DNA of 39,927 bases. Source: Glycera tridactyla. Its lineage: Eukaryota. A model generated the notes under the pieces. It saw nothing but the letters and a program-made list of their open reading frames with translations. It was not told the origin of the DNA and did no database searches. The stretch spans positions 38,588,074-38,628,000 of the forward strand of contig OZ286473.1 of assembly GCA_965644265.1 (NCBI GenBank), read 5' to 3'. Shown in pieces: positions 25,209 to 36,603 of the stretch; positions within the stretch are counted from its first letter, which is position 1; each line of letters opens with the position of its first letter. A program made the translations under genes and the position numbers.

Positions 25209-26135
25209 CATATGATTGCTATGAGCTGGTGGTCCCTACTCTTTGATGTCACATATTTCTAATTGAGATACAGAAATGAGAGAGCGTAGTGCTGACTGAT
25301 GTAGAAAGAGGTAATTGAGGAGGATTTTCCTTAGCTCTCTGCTCACATTATTCCAATCATGGATAATCACAAACATGTACAGAAATCAGGAGTTGAACGA
25401 GAGACACAATATCAAGCACGTGCAAAATTGATCATGTTCAATTTCAAACACTATTTTCAGAGTATTGACATGTTATAATAAATTCCATGTTGTATTTGAA
25501 ATCAAAAATTGAAACAAATAAGTAGTACACATAACAATTGTTTTGATGATGGATACTTATCATCATTGATAGCATGTTACAAAACATATATTTTCATGGG
25601 GCAGCCAGGTCATACTGGAGCAAGATGTTTATGTACATCCTATTCTTTTTAATTTCTTTCATAGTATTCAACTGTTGTTCCAATACTCATGTTCTCTCTG
25701 CTATAAATGCTTTTAGTATGACCAACCGGTCACATGTTTGCTTGATCCATACTCAAGATCATGTATCATTGCAAAGGTTAATGTATGCCACGTGTTCCTG
25801 GTCAATGAAGGCTAGATGTTTTATCCCCTGCAGGCATCACTTTCACAAACCATGAACACTATGTGATGGGAAACCTGAAAGGGTGTCACTAAATAGTGAA
25901 GGTGTACAATACAAAATGAAATATAATACCGGTGTACAACATAGAATGAACTAGAATACATATTGTGCCAAGGTAGGTCAATTCCATGAACTACAAAATG
26001 AACTATAATACATATTGCGCCAAGGTAGGTCGATTTCATGAACTACATTCGCCAGTAATCTCGATCATCGGCGCACCGGAAACATGGATGTCGAAATACA
26101 AAGCGAAACATACGAGCTCTGACTGGACGAGGCAC

Positions 26136-26230
26136 GCACGACACGTCGTGCACCTAATGACCCTGGTCTCCCATTAGTCACTTCCGCCCTGCCAGCCGAC
26201 CAATCAATCCCTACCGGTCGTGTCGCTGGC
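26136..26230. promoter_or_regulatory. Short CpG-rich patch with ETS, GC-box and CCAAT motifs (candidate promoter or TE terminus)
   Basis: ACTTCCGCCC (26180-26189; ETS half overlapping a GC box) and CCAAT (26200-26204); CpG density is visibly above background over ~26020-26330. Confidence 0.3.
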
Positions 26231-27896
26231 CAAATAACAAGCTCATGCACAGGCTGTTCTATTTGTGATTAGCTTGCAGTCTCGTGTTTGAGTGCAGGTG
26301 TTTTCATATATGAATGTCGGCGTGTGAGGAGTTCATGAGTTGACGTGATTCTTCCACTTCAGACAATAGATGATGGATATAAATTTATCTTCGAACGATA
26401 AGTGATTTGAAAGCACTGCCATACAAAAATCGCGGAAACGAATCGGCCTATATGGCTGGTATCCAANNNNNNNNNNNNNNNNNNNNNNNNNNNNNNNNNN
26501 NNNNNNNNNNNNNNNNNNNNNNNNNNNNNNNNNNNNNNNNNNNNNNNNNNNNNNNNNNNNNNNNNNNNNNNNNNNNNNNNNNNNNNNNNNNNNNNNNNNN
26601 NNNNNNNNNNNNNNNNNNNNNNNNNNNNNNNNNNNNNNNTAGATATAGGCAGGCAGAAAGAGGGAGAGAGAGAAAGAGAGATGGATAGATATTGGATAGA
26701 TGAAAAAATACCCCATCATATGAAATCCAATGGTCTACGGAATACATGCAGAATCCCTGATGACACTAACCAAGATGTCACTGTGAACTTCCATAATTCC
26801 GAGTAGAAACTCAAACGAGATTGGAAACACTCTAACGTTTCTTTTTTTTTTTTTGAGTAAGGTCCTTTGTGATGGCTTCACAATTCTAGAGTAAAGTTAT
26901 CACGAGGACACGCAACGGCAAAATGGAACATATAATTGGAGAGACAGCATCAGAAAATTGGCAATTTCAAGTGCTTGGGGATCGTATTGCCAAGCTGTAG
27001 TACATCTGAATGTACTTCCATGGTCATTTTGGTTCTGTTGGCATTCACGTGGAAACCTACGCCATTCTGCCTGCATCAAAGCATTTGTGAAACCGGCAGG
27101 TTGGCAACTTTACAGTAAAATCATCTTAGTTTTCCTTCTTCCCGTGTCTGATGAAAAATGCTCATGATCCCCGCTGATGGGAGGAGTGCAGTCTACCACG
27201 GCTACTCAGCCTACAGTTTGTAATGTCAAGGTTACTGTCACATCCTAAAGTAATACGTACGTGTCACAAGTTGAGAATTTTCATCGATTTGAATTCTGAC
27301 TGGAGTGTATGGCACATGTGACGATCATTGAAACTGATTCAGGAAAATTTGGATGCTTTTGGATGCAAAGACGANNNNNNNNNNNNNNNNNNNNNNNNNN
27401 NNNNNNNNNNNNNNNNNNNNNNNNNNNNNNNNNNNNNNNNNNNNNNNNNNNNNNNNNNNNNNNNNNNNNNNNNNNNNNNNNNNNNNNNNNNNNNNNNNNN
27501 NNNNNNNNNNNNNNNNNNNNNNNNNNNNNNTAATTATAATGATTTCACTAACAACAACGATAGTGATATTGATATCAACAATGATAATGGTAATAATGAC
27601 AAAGGATATTATAATAGAAATAATTATGAACTTGAAAAAAAAAATGAAGAGGACTAAGAGGTTATGCTGACATGGTTTGTCCTGAGCCTCGACAGGGGTT
27701 TATTACATATAATATCAAGCATTCAACTAGCATCTCAAGAAGCACGCCATAGACTAGCATGCATCTCTCCGAAATATCTCTCCAATATGGCAGCTGTTAT
27801 AATCGTCATAGATAATTCATGAACGTTGCTCCGTCTAGACATTCTGCAATACGTTTTGATAGACAGGCCTAATGAAGTCGGTGCCCTTGATGCAGC

Positions 27897-28052
27897 TCAG
27901 AAATGATGAGGTATAATCTCAGGGCATTGACTCAAGGCAGAGGTACTATTTCCAATAGCACTCACCGCTGATTTGTTGATAGCTTGACTCACCGCTCGCT
28001 CCTTCCAATCAACATTCCTGTCTAGTGCCATCACTCCCATCTCCATCCGATC
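27897..28052 (-). mobile_element. Possible Penelope-like GIY-YIG C-terminal fragment
   Basis: The minus frame reads DRMEMGVMALDRNVDWKERAVSQAINK (cf. H.MDWEGV..LDRE.DW..R.VKEAI.I). Confidence 0.4.
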
Positions 28053-28194
28053 CATGCAATTTCAAGAGTCCCAGTGATCGAGATAGCTAGTCATCCAGAT
28101 GATGCAGATCTACTGATCTACCTATATGATGTTCTTTGTAGTTATTCACCTATTCTCTCGTCCTATCCATCCCTTTCTTTACCAATTCATGTTG

Positions 28195-28840
28195 TGACAC
28201 AAAGGAGCAAGATATTTGAGTATTCATCTATTCGAACATCCAATAAACTATACAGTATAGATTCATATTCTTGCACAGGGCAGCATAACATCTGAGTACC
28301 CAATCATCCGAACACTCAATCAAGTATACAGTATAGACCATTGATCCATATTCCTAGCACAAAGGAGCATACCATCTGAGTATTCACCCATTTGAATACT
28401 CAATCAAGTACACAGTATAGATCATAATCTTATATTCTGACACAAGGCATCATAATATCTGAATATTCACCCATTTGAACACTCAATCAAGTATATAGTG
28501 TGGATAATTATTTTATATTCTGACACAAGGAAGCATAACATCTGAGTATTCACCAATTTGAACACTCAATCAAGTATACAGTGTAGATCATTATTTTATA
28601 TTCTGACACAAGGAAGCATAACATCTAAGTATTCATCCATTTCTACACTAAATCAAGTATACAGTGTAGATCATTATTCTATATTCTGACACAAGGAAGC
28701 ATAACATCTGAGTATTCATCCATTCGAACACCCAATCAAGTATACAGTATAGATCATCAATTCATACTCTGAGACAAGGGAGCATAACATCTGAGTATTC
28801 ATCCATTCGAACAATCAATCAGTTGACAGTATAGCTCATC
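28195..28840. repeat. Minisatellite, ~8 copies of an 83-bp unit
   Basis: The AGTATTCA landmark (variable copies) lies at 28219, 28295, 28379, 28462, 28545, 28628, 28711 and 28794 (periods 76, 84, then 83). Confidence 0.95.
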
Positions 28841-28864
28841 TTATATAGTTCAGTCGGGAATCAG

Positions 28865-29375
28865 ACCAATATAGATTATTCGGCAGTCTGTTCACTATAG
28901 CTCATCGGCAATCAGTTCACTATAGATCATTCAGCAGTCTGGTCACAATAGCTCATCGGCAATCAGTCCACAATGGATCATTCAGCAGTCTGTTCACCAT
29001 AGCTCATCGGCAATCAGTTCCCTATGGATTGTTCACCACTCTGTCCACTATAGCTCATCGGTAATCAGTCCACTATGGATCATTCAGCAGTCTGTTCACC
29101 ATAGCTCATCGGCAATCAGTTCCTATGGATTGTTCACCACTCTGTCCACTATAGCTCATCGGCAATCAGTCCACTATGGATCATTTACCAGTCTGTTCAC
29201 TATAGATCACGGCAATCAGTTCACTATGGATCATTTACCAGTCTGTTCACTATAGCTCATGGGTAATCAGTTCTGTATAGGTCATCCAGCAGTCCCATTC
29301 ACTATAGCTCATGGGTAATCAGTTCTGTATAGGTCATCCAGCAGTCCCATTCACTATAGCTCATCGGCAATCAGC
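28865..29375. repeat. Minisatellite, ~10 copies of a 51-bp dimeric unit (25+26 bp)
   Basis: Alternating TCACTATAGCTCATCGGCAATCAGT and TCACTATAGATCATTCAGCAGTCTG(G/T) subunits. Confidence 0.93.
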
Positions 29376-32047
29376 TCATCATGGTACATCCGGCAAGATG
29401 GCGAGCTAAACGAGGGTTGTTAGGTATTGGGGAAAATAGTGGCAGGGGATTGGGGATGATGTTATAGCTAATTTGTCCTGTGAAAGGAGGTCAATATGGA
29501 CGGGCCCTTCAAGCTCGGTCTTCATCCCTGGACTAGGCTGATTTATTGGGTGTGTGGGGTTGTGGCCGGTGTAGGTGGAAGATAGGATTGAACTTCAGAT
29601 TTAAGTCAGATACCCAGTTAGATCCACCTTTGAGAGTGGGTTTTATCGATATGACACTTGTATATCCGATGATCAAAGTCATCTTCTTAATGCGTTATGT
29701 ACATGCATCTTCTACGCACTCTCACGGCCACTGTACTCTGATGAAGGTTCCACACTATCCTGCTGTTACTGTGCATAGTCTTTGATTCAATCTCGTTCTG
29801 CAATGTATATTTGTCTTATAGGTATATCTATCTTTTGATGCTGTCTTGCCATTCAACTATGTGATGCTACCGCCATTCAACACATGATCAGTAGAATTGA
29901 GCCATCTTTCTACATCAATCCGGCATTTATCATGCAATAGTACCAATTCTTCTTTCGATATCGTCCATAGCATCCTTCATACTGGATCTCCATGTTCCTT
30001 AGTGACTCCTCACAACATTTACATCGTGAATGTATTGTATATAATCATGTTGTTTGTTTAGAAGTCGACCGTGTGAGCATGTAATATGATTGGCCTATTA
30101 CGAGCTCAGGTCCAGAAAGCATGTGTGGGGGTCTGCCTGAACTATTAGCCACCACCTCTCCACTACTCAATCACATCAAGATGCTGTCTTCTCATACACT
30201 TTTCTCTCTACTTCTTTTATTTCCTTTCCTGCCATAATATTTTTGGGTGATATATTTCATGTACTAGAAAGGTATAGTTTTTGTGACGTTCGGTATTTGA
30301 ATGAACAAGGTCTTTAAATGACGCTTTCGGTTTCGTAAGGGTTTGCGAGAATGGTGCAAGCAGAGGAGAGCATCCAACTTTCATTGATCAGAGACACATG
30401 TCATGTATAATCCTTTACTTCGATATATAACATCCAACTTCAACTACACCCGATCGGTAACATCTTGATCTGACTCGCACCCCTAACCCACACTGAGCTG
30501 AACGCAAATCTGATCTAATTTTCAGTGCTTGGAAGACATTCTGGTCAATTGAAGTGGTCGAGAACAAGGCTTCATGTAGCAAATCTTCATTGAAACATTT
30601 TAAACGACTCACGTATATCCGATACAAAAATTTAAAATTTAATGGATCGATTTGTTGGAGTTTGATAGTATGTATGGGTCAAAATGAGTATATATGCATC
30701 ATGCCCCTGAGACATTATGCTGACTGCAGACATCTATCTCTCAAACCCTGCACACAAGATGATGGAGAACAAAAAAGCGGAAGTTGCTGTTAGTCCAGGG
30801 ACAACTCTACTGACCACAATACTACAGATGCACTTTCAGATAGCATAATTAACCATCTGAGTGGGTGTAGGCTCAGACGCAAGAACAATAGAATGATTCA
30901 CATAAAGGGATGGACCTGAAGTCGATGCATGAGGTTCGGAAAGGACATAATGATCATGTGTTCAGTACTGAACAGAAATGTGAATGTGGGAGGTCAATGG
31001 TGTGGGCCACTTATATAATAGTGTTATGGTAATTACGGTCGAAGCCTATAGCGATAATCTCTCTAGAGGATTTATGTAGTGCATCTCGTCGCACGTGATC
31101 CAGCCAAATTACGCAGCATCAGCAATGATAATCATCCATACACTCCAATCAGCATATCCACCGGTGAATAACTCCAGAGGAGTACATAATTAGTGGGACT
31201 AGCACCATGAATCAAAATCACTAGGCCCTCGGGGTACACTTCGGATTTCATTTCGATTTTGAACTCACATTTGTAATCGTCATAGTAATACGATTGAACA
31301 CGACAAACAGGTTCATCATCAGGATCACGATTTATACATGTGCATCAAATGCTGAATACAATATGAATCTACTGAAATTAAATCGATGTTGATGATATTA
31401 TGACGTAGATGAATTAATTGAAAGAATGAGATGAAAAGGATCAAAATGAGTTGCAATGGTCATACAGATAGCACACATGCTAGTATTCATGTATCTTTTG
31501 ATTCCTTCTCTACTTTCTGAATCTCCCTTGATACAACATATTCAAGTTCAAATTCAAATTCAAGTTCTCCAATAGGCACTCAAAATGTAGATTCACAGTG
31601 AAACACTGGATCTGAACTGAACTGAATTTGGTAATAAATGTCATACAAGTAACCACTGTCTACTTGAAACGTGATAACGTGATAATGTCTACAGACAGAA
31701 CTACATATACTATCATGTTGAATCACTTACCTATCAATACTCCAAGTCAATCTTGCTATGAAGTACAGAGGAAACATGACTTCCCATGCCTTATGAGAAC
31801 TGAAATATGAGTCAATAGTATGAGCAATGAGCTGTGCATCTGTGTCATTTCAGGCAAGTAACGTAGGGTGTCCTAATATGGTCACTACTTTCAGTTCCCA
31901 CCCTAGGGTTGGATGTATGATCTGAGTATCCTTCCTGGACAGTTTCCATCTGTTTTTTGCACTTCTTTTGTGTTGAATTTCGAAAAAAAAATCAATTGTA
32001 GCTGTATTTTTTAGGCTTTTAGAGCGATTCAAAAATGGAAAGTTAGT

Positions 32048-32162
32048 GGTGACGATATTTGGACCCCGGGTACCTAATATCGTCACAAGGGGGGTCATAA
32101 TATCGTCAGGGGGTCCTAATATCGTTAGGGGAATCACAAGGGGGGTCCTTTCATCGTCACCC
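32048..32162. repeat. Left subterminal cluster of GGTCCTAATATCGTCA-like motifs
   Basis: Five imperfect copies: GTGACGATATTTGGACC (reverse), TACCTAATATCGTCA, GGTCATAATATCGTCA, GGTCCTAATATCGTTA and GGTCCTTTCATCGTCA. Confidence 0.8.
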
Positions 32163-32760
32163 AATCAAAATAAGATCTTATAATCGAAATCATGGCATGG
32201 AAATGCAATTTTTATCACCATTCTTCAAGGCGAATAATTAAACTCAGTAATTAATACAACAAATGATCCTTCTCAGATCAGTACAGCAGTGTTTCATGAT
32301 ATGAAATTCACAGCCCATGTTGGACATTTCAAAGACTGATCGACAGATGTAATAAAAGCAAGGCAGCCATTAAAATAAATGTTTATTGAATGTCTGAACA
32401 GTAAAGGACACAGCTTCTAAATGATCAAATTTACCATTCCATCGACTCATACATATTTTCATGACAATAGCTGTTGCAGAAAAAACAGATGATTATGAAG
32501 TTGTCAAATGACGAATATCACCAAGCATGACTTACATCAGTGAACTCAAAACGAAACAATAAAGTGGAAACATTTTTCACATGTATCTACAAAGGATATG
32601 GGGTCCATTCCAAATTCTCTTTCTGTGTTTGGTCCTCACATATCCTTGCTTTCAAGTCCATAGGAAAGGATCAGAGTTATTGAAAATATTTAACAAACAT
32701 GAACATTGCAACACAGAATCAAACATCAAAACATATTGATTGCATGGCAAACACTTGCAT

Positions 32761-33154
32761 ATATTTGGTATCAAAATGTGAGTTTTGATAGGACGCATTG
32801 ATTCAGAGCACTTATTTGATGAACATGGAGATAAAAAGGTGTAGGCTGCTAATAAATGGTATTTTCTGGTGATTTTCGGGATCAGGCTCCATAAAAGCTC
32901 AACTGAAAATTTAAGAATCACAGTGACCAGATGTCTGGTTGTAATATTCAGAAGGGACTATCACTCAGGTGTTGAGAACATACAGTCTCAAGTGTCCCTA
33001 GTGGTGGATTAGTATTTCAGAACCCAATGCTGATTTTCAGATGGGCATAAAGGGGCAAAACTAAGGAGAGGATATCATTAACCTCATATGACCTTCCCAT
33101 GGCACAATGTGGCCATATGTGGTATAAAAATGTAGGTCTTGATGGGATACATTG
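32761..33154 (-). repeat. Left arm of inner inverted repeat (~1.1 copies of a ~355-bp unit)
   Basis: The reverse complement begins CAATGTATCCCATCAAGACCTACATTT and aligns by eye along its length with 35659-36060 (shared AAATACTAATCCACCACTAGG, ACAACCAGACATCTGGTCACTGTGATTC, GAAAATCACCAGAAAATACCATTTATTAGCAGCC). Confidence 0.9.
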
Positions 33155-33159
33155 CCACT

Positions 33160-35400
33160 AAAGTTGAGCAGGAGGGTTGCAATGTGTGGTTTGCTGATAA
33201 ATGGCTATTTCATATATTTTCTCCACAAAGTGGAGTATTGCTTCACAAAGTATCAAATCCTCAGAAACCCTATATGTTATCCCTTCTTTCAGTATGTCGA
33301 GTTGATGCTATGACAACCAAAACTGAATCATTTGAAACAGCATGATCTCTATTCTATTTCTATAATGTTCAAAACAACTGATGCAACATGATATATTGAC
33401 TGCCAGGCTTGCTGAATTTCAGGGAAGGTGATAAATGGGGAAACCAATGTACTGGTATATCTCAGGCTTCTTTGAAGGCTATAATACCATGGCAGTACCG
33501 CATTTTACATGCCTATGAGTCCTCACAATACAGTTTCATCACCAAAACAAAGCAGATAGATAGACAAAGATGCTGCTTTGAGGCATGGTGTGCATTGCAG
33601 GATTCACTCATTTACTGAATGCCAGGAAGAGATGGTCTGTCGCAGAGCCATTCAGAAGAGTTCTTGTCAGTCATTTAATGGCCATGGCTATAGTATGGTA
33701 AGATGGGGGAGGCCAAGAACTCACACCTACTGAATCAAGAGAGATGAAAATGACTTCACAAATGTGATCCAAGAATTTGAAGAATCCCTGTATCCTCTCA
33801 ATGATGGGTAACTAATCACAATCTCTACTTTGTTGCCAGTGCAAAACCGAGCTCAGATGAAGTAGCCAATGTCCTTCTTGTTGTCAGTGATATTGGTACA
33901 CTCTGATTCATCTTGGAATTCAAGGACAAGTGTTTTGAGCAGCCAATTCAATACAAGATTGAAACTCTGTACAGGTTGCCCAAAAGATTCAATTATAACT
34001 GAAAGACATGAAAGTGCCAATTGTATGTTGTGCCAGAGACATGTTTGGGTGTTTAGTTGATCTTGCTGCCCCACAATATATGGTCTTGAGCAGTGTCTTG
34101 ACTTAACCTCTTATTAGTGCACCACTATCTCTAGCTCCATAAAGCAGACCAACAAATCAACACTCAGAAAGACAATTGTAGCCTATTAGATCCTGTTCAA
34201 TGAGTAACAGCAGATGGCTACCCAAGTGCTTTCTTCACACAAGTTTCGAAATATTCCTGTGACCTATGGTGGTGTTGCCAAAGTATCACTCGAGAGACTA
34301 TATGATCTGGCACTGACTAGCTGTTCATATTGTATGTTCATATCCAGATGGCCCATCTGTCAAAGCACGAACACAACAATCTCATTGAGACATTCAATTC
34401 AAATGAAATACATCATCACATACAGGACCTCTTCAGAATAAGCCCAGTGCCTTAAATCAGGCACTTTGTCCTCTTCATCCAAAATGGTCTTATGCATGTT
34501 TTCTGCCAACAAGTGATCACTGAACAACTATGGCACACTACCAATCCAATAAAAGTACACAGGTCATTCGAGAGAACTTCCCATGGCTGGGAAGTTCTCA
34601 TGAAGGAGGAGAAGCAAGAATGATGTATCATGGCTCATACCATGCTAAGCGAGTTCCTGATCAGAATCTTGTATTTCGATGCAATGAGACAGATGTGTTT
34701 CTTCTGCTTCTGTATTATGTCCACTACTTTTAAGCCATCACTCAGATTGACCATGGTCTCTGTTGTCAAACATTAAGTAATCTGGCTGAGTACCTTGGTG
34801 CTGATATGTGTGAGACACTTCTTAGATTCCATGCCTTCACAGGGTGTTACTACAGAGCAGCATTTATAGGACAGGGAAAAACAGGACCTGATGATCCAAT
34901 ATCCCACTGTCATTGAAGCCTTCTCACAAGCAGGCATGCTCCTGTCTCAGTCTGCATAGCACGTGAGAAGTTTGTCCGTATGTGGCAGCTCCAGGTTGCT
35001 CGTAGATGGTGCAAGATCTCAGCACTTTGTTGAAATTTGTGATTGAAAATCAGTGGTACCTCGAGCAAATCAAAGCATCTGATAAAGATAAAGATGGAGA
35101 TGAAGGGAATAAACTATGAGACACAATTTACAGAATTCAGACCAGAAGGACATGGATGGCTGCTCACCTGGGGCAATCTGGAAATGATCTACAGTGGAAC
35201 AAAAAAATATCCCAATGGCATTAAGTTTGACACAAGTGACATTACCAGTGACACCAAGAATAGTGATAAATACATGGCTGAGGTGTCCGCTGATAGGGGA
35301 GATTATTCAGAATGAGAATGTCATGTATCATTCAGAAGGGTACAGTTAATCTCACCTACACTCTGCCATGACAAGTTTGGATTCATGTCACTGACAATGA
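33160..35400 (+). pseudogene. Decayed Academ-type transposase C-terminal half plus XPG/FEN1-like nuclease domain (many stops and frameshifts)
   Basis: Manual translation gives collinear blocks: CIAGFTHLLNARKRW (~33590), NLYFVASAKPSSDEVANVLL (~33820), RDMFGCLV (~34036), FRNIPVTYGGVAK (~34245), PDGPSVK (~34345), SSHEGGEARMMYH (~34593, cf. SSHEEADTRIILH), RCNETDVFLLLL (~34680, cf. RSPDTDV), AEYLGADMCETLLRFHAFTGCYYRAAFIGQGK (~34785-34880, cf. FHAFTGCDYTSAFxGKGK) and PEGHGW (~35142). Confidence 0.8.
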
Positions 35401-35658
35401 AACCTACTTTCTTTTTGACATTTGCCCGTTTTTGTATCATTCAGTGAAACATATGTTATTTCAATTGTAAATATCAATAATTCACCTGTTATTGGTATGG
35501 ATGTAACAGTCACTGACATGTCATTATGCAAATGCAAGTTTTTCTGGGCAGGTCGGGAAAACACGTCCATCGTACAGGAAGAGGTTTCTGAAGATTCAAC
35601 ACTTTGTGGAGCAATTGTATACTTCACTCTTCTGTACATCTACTGTCATGGTCCTAAT

Positions 35659-36603
35659 CAATGTATCCCATCAAGACCTACATTTCGATACCATATATGG
35701 CCACATTGTGCCATGGGAAGGTCATATGAGGTCAATGACATCCCTTTCTCAGTATTGTGCATTCATGCCCATCTCATCTGAAAATCAACATTGGGTTCTG
35801 AAATACTAATCCACCACTAGGAACACCTGAGAATGCATGTTCTGAACACCTGAGTGATAATCCCTTCTGAATATTACAACCAGACATCTGGTCACTGTGA
35901 TTCTTCACTTTTCGGTTGAGGTTTTATGAAGCCTGATCCTGAAAATCACCAGAAAATACCATTTATTAGCAGCCCACACCATTCAATCTCCATGTTCATC
36001 AACGTAAGTGCTCTAAATTAATGTGTCATGTCAGAACCTACATTTTGATACCAAATATGACCATATTGGGCCATCAGAAGGTCATATGATGTCAAGAACA
36101 GCCTTCTTCCGCTAGTGCATTTTTTTGCCGACCTCAAATCAACAATGGTCTCTCAAAAACTGATCCACCACTAGGAACACTTAAGACTGCATGTTCTAAA
36201 CACCTGAGTATTAGTACTATCTGAATATAACAACCAGATATCTGGTAACTGCTATTCTTTACTTTTTGGATGAACTTTATGAAGCCTTATCCAAATAAAT
36301 CACAGAAAAATACCATTTATCAGCAGGCAACATCTTCCAATCTCTCTGTACATCAACGTTAGTGCTCTAAGTCGGTGTGTCTTATCAAGACCAACATTTT
36401 GATACCAAATATGACCATATTGGGCCATCAGAAAGTCATATGAGATCCAAAACAGTCCTTTTCCAGTGTTGCGTCATTATGCCTGTCTTCAAATCAACGA
36501 TGGGCTCTGAAATACTAATCCACCACTAGGAACACTCAAGACTGCATGTTTCAAACACCTTAGTGATAGTCCTTTCTGAAAATAACAACCAGACATCTGG
36601 TCA
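35659..36603 (+). repeat. Right arm of inner inverted repeat: tandem array of ~2.7 copies of a ~355-bp unit
   Basis: The landmark CCACCACTAG recurs at 35811, 36165 and 36520 (periods 354 and 355). GATACCAAATATGACCATATTGGGCCATCAGAA and ACAACCAGA(C/T)ATCTGG recur at the same period. Confidence 0.9.

Noticed and set aside
26936-27000. QKIGNFKCLGIVL resembling the LINE RT C-terminal FKYLG motif
   Set aside because: A single short motif without collinear support; too weak to annotate.
28195-29375. CRISPR-like appearance of regular repeats (also 22703-23002)
   Set aside because: Units are contiguous with no unique spacers, no cas genes are present, and the context is eukaryotic.
29800-30010. CKCCEESLRNMEIQYEGC on the minus strand, resembling a PHD finger of LINE ORF1
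   Set aside because: Incomplete Cys/His pattern and no adjoining ORF2 evidence.
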